Virus record (IMG/VR): IMGVR_UViG_3300009184_000029
Coordinates: 62,001 to 126,000 of that record
Reading direction: 5' to 3' (one strand)
DNA length: 64,000 nucleotides
The position numbers and the translations under genes were made by a program. Within the stretch, counting starts at the first letter, position 1; the number at the start of each line of letters is the position of its first letter. This document shows, piece by piece, positions 39,549-48,691 of this stretch. The notes under the pieces were generated by a model. That model was not told the DNA's origin. It saw only the letters and a list, made by a program, of their open reading frames with translations, and searched no databases.

Positions 39549-40313
39549 TTAATTATCAATAGAGACCCATTCATTTGGAATTATGTCTTGAGTATCTTTT
39601 GGTCCGGTTGGTCCAAACCATTTTTTTGGTGTAATTATTTTACCATTATTATCATTAAGATATGACCCCCACCAACTGAATGAACTATTAGATATTATAA
39701 CATTTTTACACATAGTAATTAATGTAAAATCTAAAATTTCATCATCAAAATCTGAGTATAAAAAATTATCAGATTTAAAGTTTAATTTAACCCAATCCAT
39801 ATCATCTGACACAAATATAAATTTTGTGTCATTGATTAACTCAATTGCCTTTTGGTAATAATTTAAATCACAGGTAAAATGAAAATCTTTAAATTTTAAA
39901 TAATCACCTCTTCTTATATGAACACAAGTTAAATTTTTAATATCATATTTACTTGATATTACTTTAATATTTTTATCACTAATAAAAAATAATTTTTTAA
40001 TATCATTTATATTATTTTTAAAATATTTTTCACTTTGGAAATACCCATTTAACAATAAATTTTTTTCATAAGGTATATTAGAAAACGAAAACTTTGGTTC
40101 ATTATATTTTTTTTCAAATTCATAGTTATTGTGATTTGGAATATTTTTAAAAATATTATCTATATATTTGATAGATTGATTACCTTGATTTGGTGTGTAA
40201 CATTGATGAAAATTAAATGAATAGGTATCATCATTAGACAATGCTAATGACACTGTTGCTGCAATTTGGAACATTTGATTACCAAGACCTCCCTGTAAAT
40301 TACAACTTATCAT
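39549..40313 (-). CDS. glycosyltransferase family 11
   Basis: GGLGNQMFQ, GYFQSEKYF, VHIRRGDY, ISNSSFSWWG. Confidence 0.95.
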   Translation of the reverse strand: MISCNLQGGLGNQMFQIAATVSLALSNDDTYSFNFHQCYTPNQGNQSIKYIDNIFKNIPNHNNYEFEKKYNEPKFSFSNIPYEKNLLLNGYFQSEKYFKNNINDIKKLFFISDKNIKVISSKYDIKNLTCVHIRRGDYLKFKDFHFTCDLNYYQKAIELINDTKFIFVSDDMDWVKLNFKSDNFLYSDFDDEILDFTLITMCKNVIISNSSFSWWGSYLNDNNGKIITPKKWFGPTGPKDTQDIIPNEWVSIDN

Positions 40314-41016
40314 ATGGTTTTTTATTTCTTATTTTGGTGGCGTGGTCATTGACCATATCCATATTTACTTTATGCTCGTTGATAGGATTATTTTCGTTAT
40401 ATATATAATTTATTTCACTCATAAAACGATAATGTTCCTCACCTGACATTTCTAACATCGGAAACATAAAACACAGGTCCCCACTCCATTGCCAGTAATT
40501 ACCATTTTCATCTCTTAAATCTTCTTCTTTGATTTTTCTCCACAAAAAGGTTCTCCAAGTTCGAATATGAGATGCGGTAAATCTACTTTTTCGTAAATTT
40601 GAAAAATTTGTTTGAGGTTGTGAAAATCCTGGTGTTCCATTTGAGTATTTAAAACTTCCATTTGCAATCCAAATGTTTTCATCTTCATATAATTTATTAA
40701 TTCTTGTTAACACATTTGAGTCGGATAACCAATCATCCCCATCAACTTCAACAATTACTTCATTGTCTGATATATTTTCATTATATCTAATTATTTTATC
40801 AAAATTACCCGCTTGATATAATTTTTTATCATTATCGTCGACTAAAATAAATCTATTATCATCTTTAATTAAATCTTTAACTATCGATACTGATTTATCA
40901 GTTGATAAATCATGAGTAATGTAACATTTAAAATCTTTAAACCTTTGTCCCATAATAGACAATATTGATTTTTCAATGTAATTTTCCGCATTATAAAAAC
41001 CTGTTAAAACTACCAT
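40300..41016 (-). CDS. glycosyltransferase family 2
   Basis: EVDGDDWL, HIRTWR, DLCFMFPMLEM. Confidence 0.85.
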   Translation of the reverse strand: MVVLTGFYNAENYIEKSILSIMGQRFKDFKCYITHDLSTDKSVSIVKDLIKDDNRFILVDDNDKKLYQAGNFDKIIRYNENISDNEVIVEVDGDDWLSDSNVLTRINKLYEDENIWIANGSFKYSNGTPGFSQPQTNFSNLRKSRFTASHIRTWRTFLWRKIKEEDLRDENGNYWQWSGDLCFMFPMLEMSGEEHYRFMSEINYIYNENNPINEHKVNMDMVNDHATKIRNKKPYDKL

Positions 41017-41017
41017 A

Positions 41018-41698
41018 TTATTTAATATATTTTTTTAAAATTTTATCATTATACCCCTCTCTGTTGATTTGTAAAAAATCTATACTTTGATTAATTAAAA
41101 TATCATTTTCTGTATCCCAATTTAAATTTAATAAATGTGTTTCTTCTTTTATTTTCGGATTTTTATGTAGTAAACCATATATTTTATTTGATAACTCCAT
41201 GACACTTATTTTCTCAACTCCTGATAAAAATAATAAACTATTATTTGTTTTATCAATACAATATAGAACAATATTTACCAAATCTTCAATATCAATCAGA
41301 GAACGATAAACATTTTTATAAATTAATATTTCATTTTCATTTTTAACAGATTCTTTTAAAAAATTAACAATATTATTTTTATTTCCGTTAAATCCAACTA
41401 TTTGAGGAATTCTAAATATTATATAATTTTTACAATTGTTTTTGATAATTTCCTCGACTTGTAATTTATGTCTATAGTAATCATTATCAATTATTCCTGT
41501 TAATACGCTGCTAAAATAAATTAATTTTAAATTTTGATTGTTATTAATTAAATTAATTAATAATTTTTTTTCTCGTTCAAAATTATTGATGTTTGTTTCT
41601 TTAGAGTTAGATACACCTGAAGCAAAAATTAAAAAATTCTCTAATGACTCGGAAAATTTTTTAAACTCTGAGGATAATAAACCTGAGCCAACAATCAT
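41018..41698 (-). CDS. short NAD-dependent epimerase/dehydratase-like protein
   Basis: MIVGSGLLS, IFASGVSNS, YFSS, YYRHK (YxxxK). Confidence 0.78.
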   Translation of the reverse strand: MIVGSGLLSSEFKKFSESLENFLIFASGVSNSKETNINNFEREKKLLINLINNNQNLKLIYFSSVLTGIIDNDYYRHKLQVEEIIKNNCKNYIIFRIPQIVGFNGNKNNIVNFLKESVKNENEILIYKNVYRSLIDIEDLVNIVLYCIDKTNNSLLFLSGVEKISVMELSNKIYGLLHKNPKIKEETHLLNLNWDTENDILINQSIDFLQINREGYNDKILKKYIK

Positions 41699-43557
41699 AA
41701 TTCAAATAATTTAATCCATTTATCAATTACTTCTTGATTAGTTAGTATACTAACCTCAGTTTTTGTTGATTCGGTTCCTAAAAATTCTGTATTAGTTAAA
41801 TAACATTCATCTTTAACCAAACACGCCACTTCACTTATTGATGAGTGGTAAACTTTACCAATCATATTATACATTTCTTGTTTATTTGTATGTGTTCCAT
41901 AAAAAATTACACGAATACCGTCAATTAAAGGTTTTACGTAATTTTCATAATATATTTGGTCCGTAACATTACCAAATACATATATTTTTTCACAATTATC
42001 ATTTAATGCTCGTTTAATTGATACGTGAGTTTGTTTATTTTCATCAATACTGCCAATAATACCCACAGTATTTGAAAGATGAGATTTATTAATAGAAATT
42101 AAGTTTTCTTTTAAATTTGGAATTATGTTAAAGTCTCCATTGTATTGCTTATGATAATTTCTCTGTTCATCATTTATAAACACTACTGTGTCCCAAAATT
42201 GTTTTTTTTCTCCAACTTTATATAGATTTTTTTCATGACAAGATAATATTACTTTTTTTGCAGGAGGTCTTGATGGTAAATCTAAAAAATGACAAATTAA
42301 AATATCAGATTCGGTAACCGATAAATATTGAATTAATGATGATTTACATTTATCTAAATGCCAATTATGTGGTCCATAAAATGTACAATCAATACCATTT
42401 TTATTTAGAGTATTTGTTAAGTTAATAAATGCTGTTGTTGAGCCACCTTTTTCTGAAAAACCTGAAACAATTTTGACTTTAAGACCATCATAGGGTTTAA
42501 ATTCATTTAATAATGATATTAAATCTTCTTTTTGGATAGAATCATTAATTGTTATAATTTTTTTAACATTACGATAATCTGAAATTATATTAAGATTATT
42601 GTCTGTTGTATTATTATAAATTTGTAAAACATTTGGATATAATAATTCACACATCCTAACTTCATCTAAGTTAGATGGAATAATAACATCAATCTTATGT
42701 TCGGATGTTTTATAATACTGACCAATTTGTGATGTTTGAGGTCCATTTTGAGTGTTAATCATAAATGTACCGTCTCCTATTTTAAACCCAATAGGGTTAG
42801 TAATACTAAAATTAGTTAATTTCTCACTTTTAAATTTTGAAGACACATTTGACAAACTAGAAATTATAACATTTAATTCTTCATTTGGTAAGTACCCAAT
42901 TTTAGATGGTAAATTATTTGAGTATTTTTCACTAAAAAGTTTTCTGTTTTTTTCCCATTGCTCGTTTGTCATCCCGATAGATTTATGGGTGACTCTAATA
43001 TTTGTTATAACCCCAATTTTAACCCCATCTAAAAAATTTCTATAGCAAAAATTAACATCGTACATGTGAAACCCTGGAACTGAATCATCGTATCCTTTGC
43101 TTATTTTAGTTTTATTAATTGCGGTAAATAAACCGTCAACTAAAATTACTTCTTTTATGTTATTTTGTAATGAGTCAGAATATCTTGATTCCCATTTTTT
43201 ACCTTCATGTTCATGGTTTACAATACCCCACATTTTTGACCTATCTTCCCACCACATACCACTTTTTGGTAAAAGTGTAGAACCCGCAACTCCTAAAATT
43301 GCAAAATCAGAATTTCTATCAAATAACTTTTTCAATTTTTGGCCCCAATTATTGGTATCAAAATAGATGTCATCATGACATAAAACAACTATATCATATT
43401 CTGACTCTGATATAATTTCATTATAAACTTGAGATAAATTTTTTTCTCCGTTATTAATCTTTTCAATAATTTGAACTTTAGGATTACCTACTGACTTTTT
43501 AAGATATTCTTGAAAATTTTTATTACAACTTTTTGTACTATATCCTATCGTTATCAT
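41695..43557 (-). CDS. two-domain glycosyltransferase (GT-A N-terminus plus GT-B-like C-terminus)
   Basis: YN..I.ES.YDIVVLCHDDI, GFHMYDVNFC; C-terminal GGSTTAF and VGIIGSIDENKQ. Confidence 0.75.
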   Translation of the reverse strand: MITIGYSTKSCNKNFQEYLKKSVGNPKVQIIEKINNGEKNLSQVYNEIISESEYDIVVLCHDDIYFDTNNWGQKLKKLFDRNSDFAILGVAGSTLLPKSGMWWEDRSKMWGIVNHEHEGKKWESRYSDSLQNNIKEVILVDGLFTAINKTKISKGYDDSVPGFHMYDVNFCYRNFLDGVKIGVITNIRVTHKSIGMTNEQWEKNRKLFSEKYSNNLPSKIGYLPNEELNVIISSLSNVSSKFKSEKLTNFSITNPIGFKIGDGTFMINTQNGPQTSQIGQYYKTSEHKIDVIIPSNLDEVRMCELLYPNVLQIYNNTTDNNLNIISDYRNVKKIITINDSIQKEDLISLLNEFKPYDGLKVKIVSGFSEKGGSTTAFINLTNTLNKNGIDCTFYGPHNWHLDKCKSSLIQYLSVTESDILICHFLDLPSRPPAKKVILSCHEKNLYKVGEKKQFWDTVVFINDEQRNYHKQYNGDFNIIPNLKENLISINKSHLSNTVGIIGSIDENKQTHVSIKRALNDNCEKIYVFGNVTDQIYYENYVKPLIDGIRVIFYGTHTNKQEMYNMIGKVYHSSISEVACLVKDECYLTNTEFLGTESTKTEVSILTNQEVIDKWIKLFEL

Positions 43558-44129
43558 ATTCCTGTACTCCCAAAACCATTTTCGTTTCTATCTTTATTAT
43601 TGATTTTATCTATTTTAACAAGATTCACCCATTTACCTCCAGTGCATCTTGATACAACCCCCTGAGCAATTTTCATTCCTTTAGTGATTGTAAATGGGGT
43701 TGAATTAACGTTAAAAATTATAACTTTAACTTCTCCTGTATATCCTTGGTCAACTGTTCCTGGACTATTTAAAACCATTAACCCTTGGTTAATTGCTAAA
43801 CCGCTTTTTGACCTTACTTGGATTTCAAAATCTTCAGGAATATCAAATTTAATCCCTGTTGGAATTAGGGCTCTACCTAAAGGTGGTAATGTAATTTCTT
43901 CAGATGAATATAAATCAAACCCACTATCACTTAGATAATTGTACTTTAATTCATAATCTTCATCTGAAGTATATTTTACTAAAACTTTACCTGAATTTTC
44001 ATCTATGTCATCCTCAAGTCCTTGGATGTCAATACCAAATGAATCTTTTAATTTATTAATCAATAAGTCATACTGATTATTTTCAATTAATGATTCTAAT
44101 TCGTTCATTTCATCACTAAAATCGTTCAT
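43554..44129 (-). CDS. dut: trimeric dUTPase
   Basis: SGFDL, QVRSKSGL, GTVDQGYTGEV, KIAQG, RNENGFGSTG. Confidence 0.96.
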   Translation of the reverse strand: MNDFSDEMNELESLIENNQYDLLINKLKDSFGIDIQGLEDDIDENSGKVLVKYTSDEDYELKYNYLSDSGFDLYSSEEITLPPLGRALIPTGIKFDIPEDFEIQVRSKSGLAINQGLMVLNSPGTVDQGYTGEVKVIIFNVNSTPFTITKGMKIAQGVVSRCTGGKWVNLVKIDKINNKDRNENGFGSTGI

Positions 44130-44824
44130 AAAGATGTTATTTTTTTGACTACATTTATTAATACTTCTACATCTTTCTCACAATATTCTTTAATCTCATC
44201 ATACTTATTTTCATTCCAAAACGAGTTATGAACTTTACTACCTGTGATTTCCATATTTTTAGAACTCTCAATACCTAAAGAAATACACATTAATTCTAAA
44301 GAACTGATTGCCCCAAATTGACCGTATTGCCATATTTCTTTTGTATCAATCGCCTTAATCTCCCAAGGTTTAGTATCATATGATGGTAAAATACCTGATG
44401 GTAAAACTCCATTAATCATCATTCGTTTCGCCAATACAGGTATGTCAAAATTCTTTAAATTATGACCACATAAAACAAAACCTAATTTATCGACTCTATT
44501 CAGTAATTGGTTAACTTCTGTTAATAGAACTTTTTCATCTGAATTAAAAAAAGTTTGTTTTTTAACTTCACCCTTAGGGTCTAAAAATCCAACAGATACA
44601 CAAATTATTTTACAAAATTCAGGTATTAAAGCGGCTCTTAATTCAAATATTTCTTCAATCGATTTTCCTGAATCTTCAGTAAATCTTTTTAAAAACCAAT
44701 CTTGATAATTAGTGAACTGAAATAACAACTCGGGATAGTCTTTTTTGAAGTTTTCAAAATTACTTGATACTCCTACTGTCTCAATGTCAATAAATAAAAT
44801 TTTGTTTATTGGATGTTTTATCAT
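44126..44824 (-). CDS. DEDD 3'-5' exonuclease (PolB-exo-like)
   Basis: FIDIET, GHNLKNFDIP, YCEKDV. Confidence 0.9.
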   Translation of the reverse strand: MIKHPINKILFIDIETVGVSSNFENFKKDYPELLFQFTNYQDWFLKRFTEDSGKSIEEIFELRAALIPEFCKIICVSVGFLDPKGEVKKQTFFNSDEKVLLTEVNQLLNRVDKLGFVLCGHNLKNFDIPVLAKRMMINGVLPSGILPSYDTKPWEIKAIDTKEIWQYGQFGAISSLELMCISLGIESSKNMEITGSKVHNSFWNENKYDEIKEYCEKDVEVLINVVKKITSL

Positions 44825-46035
44825 ACTATGGATTTATAAAATTCTTGTCTTGCTTTTGTAACTATATTTAAATCATATTTTGCGGAAACTGTTTCATATA
44901 ATCTTTCACCCATATCCTTAACTAAATTAGGATTTTGTTGTAATTTCTTAATATGTTTCGCCCAATCACTGTGGTTTCTTGAGTCCCCAACAAGTAATGC
45001 GTTCCCGTCTACAAAGTTACCATTTTTTAAACAATGTTTCAAGTCTATTGTATAAGGACCAAAATCACTTGCGATTAATGCTTTTTTATAAAATCCTGAT
45101 TCTATCACCTTTAATTGTGATTTAACTTTGTTAAACATATGTTGTTTAACAGGTGCTAACGAAACATCAAATTTTGAATAATTTTTAGCATAGGATGTTA
45201 CAGGTTTTGTCCAAACTCTCAAATAAGGTTGCTCGGATTCGTTCTCATACATCGTATCTTTAAATCTTTCAAGATGTAATTTATATTCAGGTGTAACAAT
45301 AGAATAATTGTCAGTAAAAATCTTTTCATACAGGTACCAAACAGTTTCGTTAGGTTTGATTGGTCTTTGTTTTTTCTCACCTGTTTGTTGATTTATTTCA
45401 GTCATTACTCCTCTTGTGTCAAACCCACATAATACAAATTGTAAGTTGTCTTTAATATCTTTTAACTTACTAACCATACCATCTAACAACATTAAATCGT
45501 GTAAATGTGATGAACCACCTAACCACCCAACTCTTAATTTATCTGATTCGGGAGTTACTTCTTTAAATTGTGCCTCATTAGGGTCAATCGCATTAGGGAA
45601 TATAAAAACATTTGGATTGAATTTTTTAATCTCGTCCGCAAAAATAGTAGTTGTTGTAGTTACATATTTTGATAATTTTAAATTTGCTACAATCTTTTCA
45701 TGAATTTTGTCCTGTTTAATTAAATCATGAAGAGGATGTTCTTTAGTAGGTAACCAATAATCATCAATATCACATACAGTGATAATACCTAGTTTATTTA
45801 AAACAGGGATAAATTCTATTGACGCATCCAAATTAGGGGAAACTGAACGATGGTAATGTACAATATGGTATTGTTTCCAAAATGAAATGTCATTCAAATC
45901 GGGTTCAAATACAATATCTACGTGAAAATCTTCAGAATAATTATTTTGTAAGAATATGTGGGGGTCAATTGACCTGAATTTTCCAACACCTGTACGGTCT
46001 GATGGTACTACTAGTAATTTAATTTTTTCTTTCAT
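44821..46035 (-). CDS. GT-B glycosyltransferase (GT4-like)
   Basis: DIDDYW, VGWLGGSSH..DL, DVSLAPV, KSQLKVIESG....IASDFGPY. Confidence 0.85.
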   Translation of the reverse strand: MKEKIKLLVVPSDRTGVGKFRSIDPHIFLQNNYSEDFHVDIVFEPDLNDISFWKQYHIVHYHRSVSPNLDASIEFIPVLNKLGIITVCDIDDYWLPTKEHPLHDLIKQDKIHEKIVANLKLSKYVTTTTTIFADEIKKFNPNVFIFPNAIDPNEAQFKEVTPESDKLRVGWLGGSSHLHDLMLLDGMVSKLKDIKDNLQFVLCGFDTRGVMTEINQQTGEKKQRPIKPNETVWYLYEKIFTDNYSIVTPEYKLHLERFKDTMYENESEQPYLRVWTKPVTSYAKNYSKFDVSLAPVKQHMFNKVKSQLKVIESGFYKKALIASDFGPYTIDLKHCLKNGNFVDGNALLVGDSRNHSDWAKHIKKLQQNPNLVKDMGERLYETVSAKYDLNIVTKARQEFYKSIV

Positions 46036-46041
46036 TTAAGA

Positions 46042-46070
46042 ATAATAGTAATATATTAACCATTATTCAA
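46042..46070 (-). promoter_or_regulatory. sigma70-like promoter candidate at the head of the glycan cassette
   Basis: Minus strand TTGAAT-N17-TATTAT; chance matches are common in AT-rich DNA. Confidence 0.4.
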
Positions 46071-46083
46071 TAAAGAATTTAAA

Positions 46084-46674
46084 TTATTGCTGTAATTTTT
46101 TAATTTTTGAAATCTTACCTACGAACAAATGTTGACCAACTTTAATTTGAATTGTGTCACTTGCTTTTGTTTCAGATTCAACCATTAATCCTTGTTCACT
46201 CAAAACTTCTTCCATAGTTTCTCTTACAATTTTTTTAATATCATTTGCGGATAATCCTCCTTGCGAATATGAAACTTGTTGATTTGGAACTCCTGACTTT
46301 TCTTTGTCTTTTTTCATTAATCTAGATGCTGCTTCAATTACATCATCTGAAATTGTTGGTTCCATTGGTTTAACTTGAGCAATGGGGTGTTCAATCATTA
46401 ATTTTTTGATTGCGTCAGGTAATTTTGAATTTTGAATTCTATCTAATGGGTTTCCCTGAGGTATTTTTTGAACTGGTTGTTGAGCCGGAGCGTATTCCTC
46501 GGGGATATTATATTTTGCGATTGGTGATGAAAATTCTTGTAATTGAACATTTTGTGAAAATCCACCTCCATTGTCATAATTAGAGCCTGAACTACCAACT
46601 GAACCTCTTGAGATTTGGTCACTTTTTTCCATGATTTTCTTAGAAATCATTAATTTTTCCATTAAACTATTCAT
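46084..46674 (-). CDS. hypothetical protein
   Basis: 196-aa ORF. Confidence 0.75.
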   Translation of the reverse strand: MNSLMEKLMISKKIMEKSDQISRGSVGSSGSNYDNGGGFSQNVQLQEFSSPIAKYNIPEEYAPAQQPVQKIPQGNPLDRIQNSKLPDAIKKLMIEHPIAQVKPMEPTISDDVIEAASRLMKKDKEKSGVPNQQVSYSQGGLSANDIKKIVRETMEEVLSEQGLMVESETKASDTIQIKVGQHLFVGKISKIKKLQQ

Positions 46675-47059
46675 TTTCTCCTTGTTTGAAAATTTTAAGT
46701 ATCTTACTAAACTTTTTATGCCCGTTAGGGTTAAAACCTGGTTTTGGTTCTGAAAAACTATTTAGAGTTGGTTTATATGTTTGTATTCTATCAAGTCTAA
46801 AAGTTCTCCATCCTGGTAAAGGTTGTGTTCCATCGGAAGCTGTTTTAGAAGAGCCATCTAATTGATATGCACTAATAACTTTATTTCCCCTTGTTGAAAC
46901 CCCAAAAGTATAGATTTCAATGTCTCTATACCCTCTACCCTCATTCTCATCACCTAAATAATAAATTGTTACAATTTTTTTATTTCTTATTGCGTCGGTG
47001 ATGTTTTCGTCCGCCACCATTTCTAAAATAAGAGTTTTAAATGAATTGTAAAGTTTCAT
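46667..47059 (-). CDS. stand-alone WYL-domain protein
   Basis: AI.NKKIVTIYY, R.IE.Y..G, AYQ, WRTFRLDRI. Confidence 0.82.
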   Translation of the reverse strand: MKLYNSFKTLILEMVADENITDAIRNKKIVTIYYLGDENEGRGYRDIEIYTFGVSTRGNKVISAYQLDGSSKTASDGTQPLPGWRTFRLDRIQTYKPTLNSFSEPKPGFNPNGHKKFSKILKIFKQGENE

Positions 47060-47349
47060 TACGCTGAAGGTGTTGTATAAGGTTTGTTTGGTTGATACTC
47101 ATTAATTTTAATCTCCGCCTTTCTCTCTATAATATCACTATTAGAACCTCCGTTCTGAGTATCTAAGAATGAACCGGTACCTTTACCCATATCATCACCA
47201 TCAGATAGTGCATCTTTATTAGTTTGAGAATATTTGTTTGCGGTTGAGAAAGTATTTTTAGAGAATAACTTTCTTCTTTCTGCTTCGGCAATTGCACTTA
47301 AATCATTTTTTGGTTGTGATAAGTCAATTGGTTCAATTTGTTCTGCCAT
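47059..47349 (-). CDS. hypothetical protein
   Basis: 96-aa ORF. Confidence 0.75.
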   Translation of the reverse strand: MAEQIEPIDLSQPKNDLSAIAEAERRKLFSKNTFSTANKYSQTNKDALSDGDDMGKGTGSFLDTQNGGSNSDIIERKAEIKINEYQPNKPYTTPSA

Positions 47350-47803
47350 AATTTATTTCATTTATAAGTTTATTAATTCTATCTATTTGTTCGCTTAATC
47401 TTGGGAAGTGTTTGTCAACACCCGTTCTATGACTTTTTGACGGTCTAAGGTCATTTGAAAAATTACTTCCTTTTATTAGATTAACTCCTGAGTCCTCACG
47501 TCTTTTGTTTTTAGATTTACTATAAACCCTTTGACTATTTAACGTGTATTCTACAAATTTTTTCATTTCATCCCCACCGTTTAATTCATACTCAACTTCA
47601 TTATCTTTTTTTTCAGTCTTATCAAAAAAATTTTTAATTCTTTTTAAAGATTGGTAAGTCGCCTTTTTTTCCTTTCTTAATTCCTTATTTCTTTTATACC
47701 CTTGTGAATCCTCATTGTCTTTATGAGCATTAAATTTTTCCTTTAGAGTATCTAATAGATGTTTTGGAATATCAAAAGTCTTATCGTATAAATTCTTATT
47801 CAT
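47333..47803 (-). CDS. basic hypothetical protein
   Basis: 156-aa ORF. Confidence 0.75.
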   Translation of the reverse strand: MNKNLYDKTFDIPKHLLDTLKEKFNAHKDNEDSQGYKRNKELRKEKKATYQSLKRIKNFFDKTEKKDNEVEYELNGGDEMKKFVEYTLNSQRVYSKSKNKRREDSGVNLIKGSNFSNDLRPSKSHRTGVDKHFPRLSEQIDRINKLINEINYGRTN

Positions 47804-48641
47804 ACTTTAATTTTTTTACAAGTTCTTTAAAAGAAATACCTTCTTTTTTTGCTTTTAACTTTAATTTCTCAATTATTTTTTCAATTTGGTTATCTGAATA
47901 TATTTCGTTATCGTTATTTTTATTATTCAACAAAATATCCTCAACCATTTTAATTGCTCTTTTTTTTCTTATCTCTTCTATTTTATCTTTTTCAAAAAGG
48001 TTCATTCTATCAATAAATCCTTTCATTTTTCTAATTTTTTTAGGAGCTCTTTTTGTTCTTTTACCTGTTGGGTCCTTACCAAAATCTACAGTTCTTTCAT
48101 ATGCGTCTTTGGGATTTAAATCCATTTTGTCTTTTAAAAACTTGTAGGTTTTTTTACCGTCCATATCCTTAGTTTCATCATAACCAAAGGCTGGGTCAAA
48201 ATTCACCTCAGAAACGACATCTTCTGATTTTTCTTCAGATTCTCCCCAATAAACTCGATACCCTCTTGTTAAAGGATTATTAGTCTGTCTACTCATCGTA
48301 ACATAAACGTCGGTTGTATATTTTGGTGATAATGATAAACCTAATGGAATTCTTGAAGATAAAAATGTACCATCAGAGTCAACTAACTCACCCAACTCTT
48401 CTTTCTTTGAATCAAATTTTTTCTTTAATTCTGACTGAGTTTTTGGTTTTTTATCTTTTATTAAATCTTTAATTAATTTTTCAAATTCTTTTTTATTTTC
48501 TTTTTTGAATTTGATTATCTCATCATTTTTTCTTGCCTCGGTCAATGTATTATTAATTGAATAATACAAGTCAATATGATTTTTTCTTTCCTTCATGAAA
48601 AAATAATAAGGATTTAAAAAATATTCTTTATCAAAATGCAT
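47796..48641 (-). CDS. hypothetical protein
   Basis: 281-aa ORF, first gene of the minus block. Confidence 0.78.
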   Translation of the reverse strand: MHFDKEYFLNPYYFFMKERKNHIDLYYSINNTLTEARKNDEIIKFKKENKKEFEKLIKDLIKDKKPKTQSELKKKFDSKKEELGELVDSDGTFLSSRIPLGLSLSPKYTTDVYVTMSRQTNNPLTRGYRVYWGESEEKSEDVVSEVNFDPAFGYDETKDMDGKKTYKFLKDKMDLNPKDAYERTVDFGKDPTGKRTKRAPKKIRKMKGFIDRMNLFEKDKIEEIRKKRAIKMVEDILLNNKNNDNEIYSDNQIEKIIEKLKLKAKKEGISFKELVKKLKYE

Positions 48642-48657
48642 AATAGAGTTTTTTATA

Positions 48658-48685
48658 TATAAATACTTTATAATAACTATTTATT
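48658..48685. promoter_or_regulatory. divergent pair of TATTTAT(A/T) motifs
   Basis: TATAAATA at 48658-65 (sense for the minus gene at 48641) and TATTTATT at 48678-85 (sense for the plus gene at 48692). Confidence 0.62.
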
Positions 48686-48691
48686 TGAAAA

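Noticed and set aside
25554-46035. Bacterial chromosomal LPS/O-antigen locus or chimeric contig
   Set aside because: The cassette is translationally coupled to a phage sigma gene, contains phage-type phoH, dut and exonuclease, and lacks recognisable wzx, wzy and ABC export genes.
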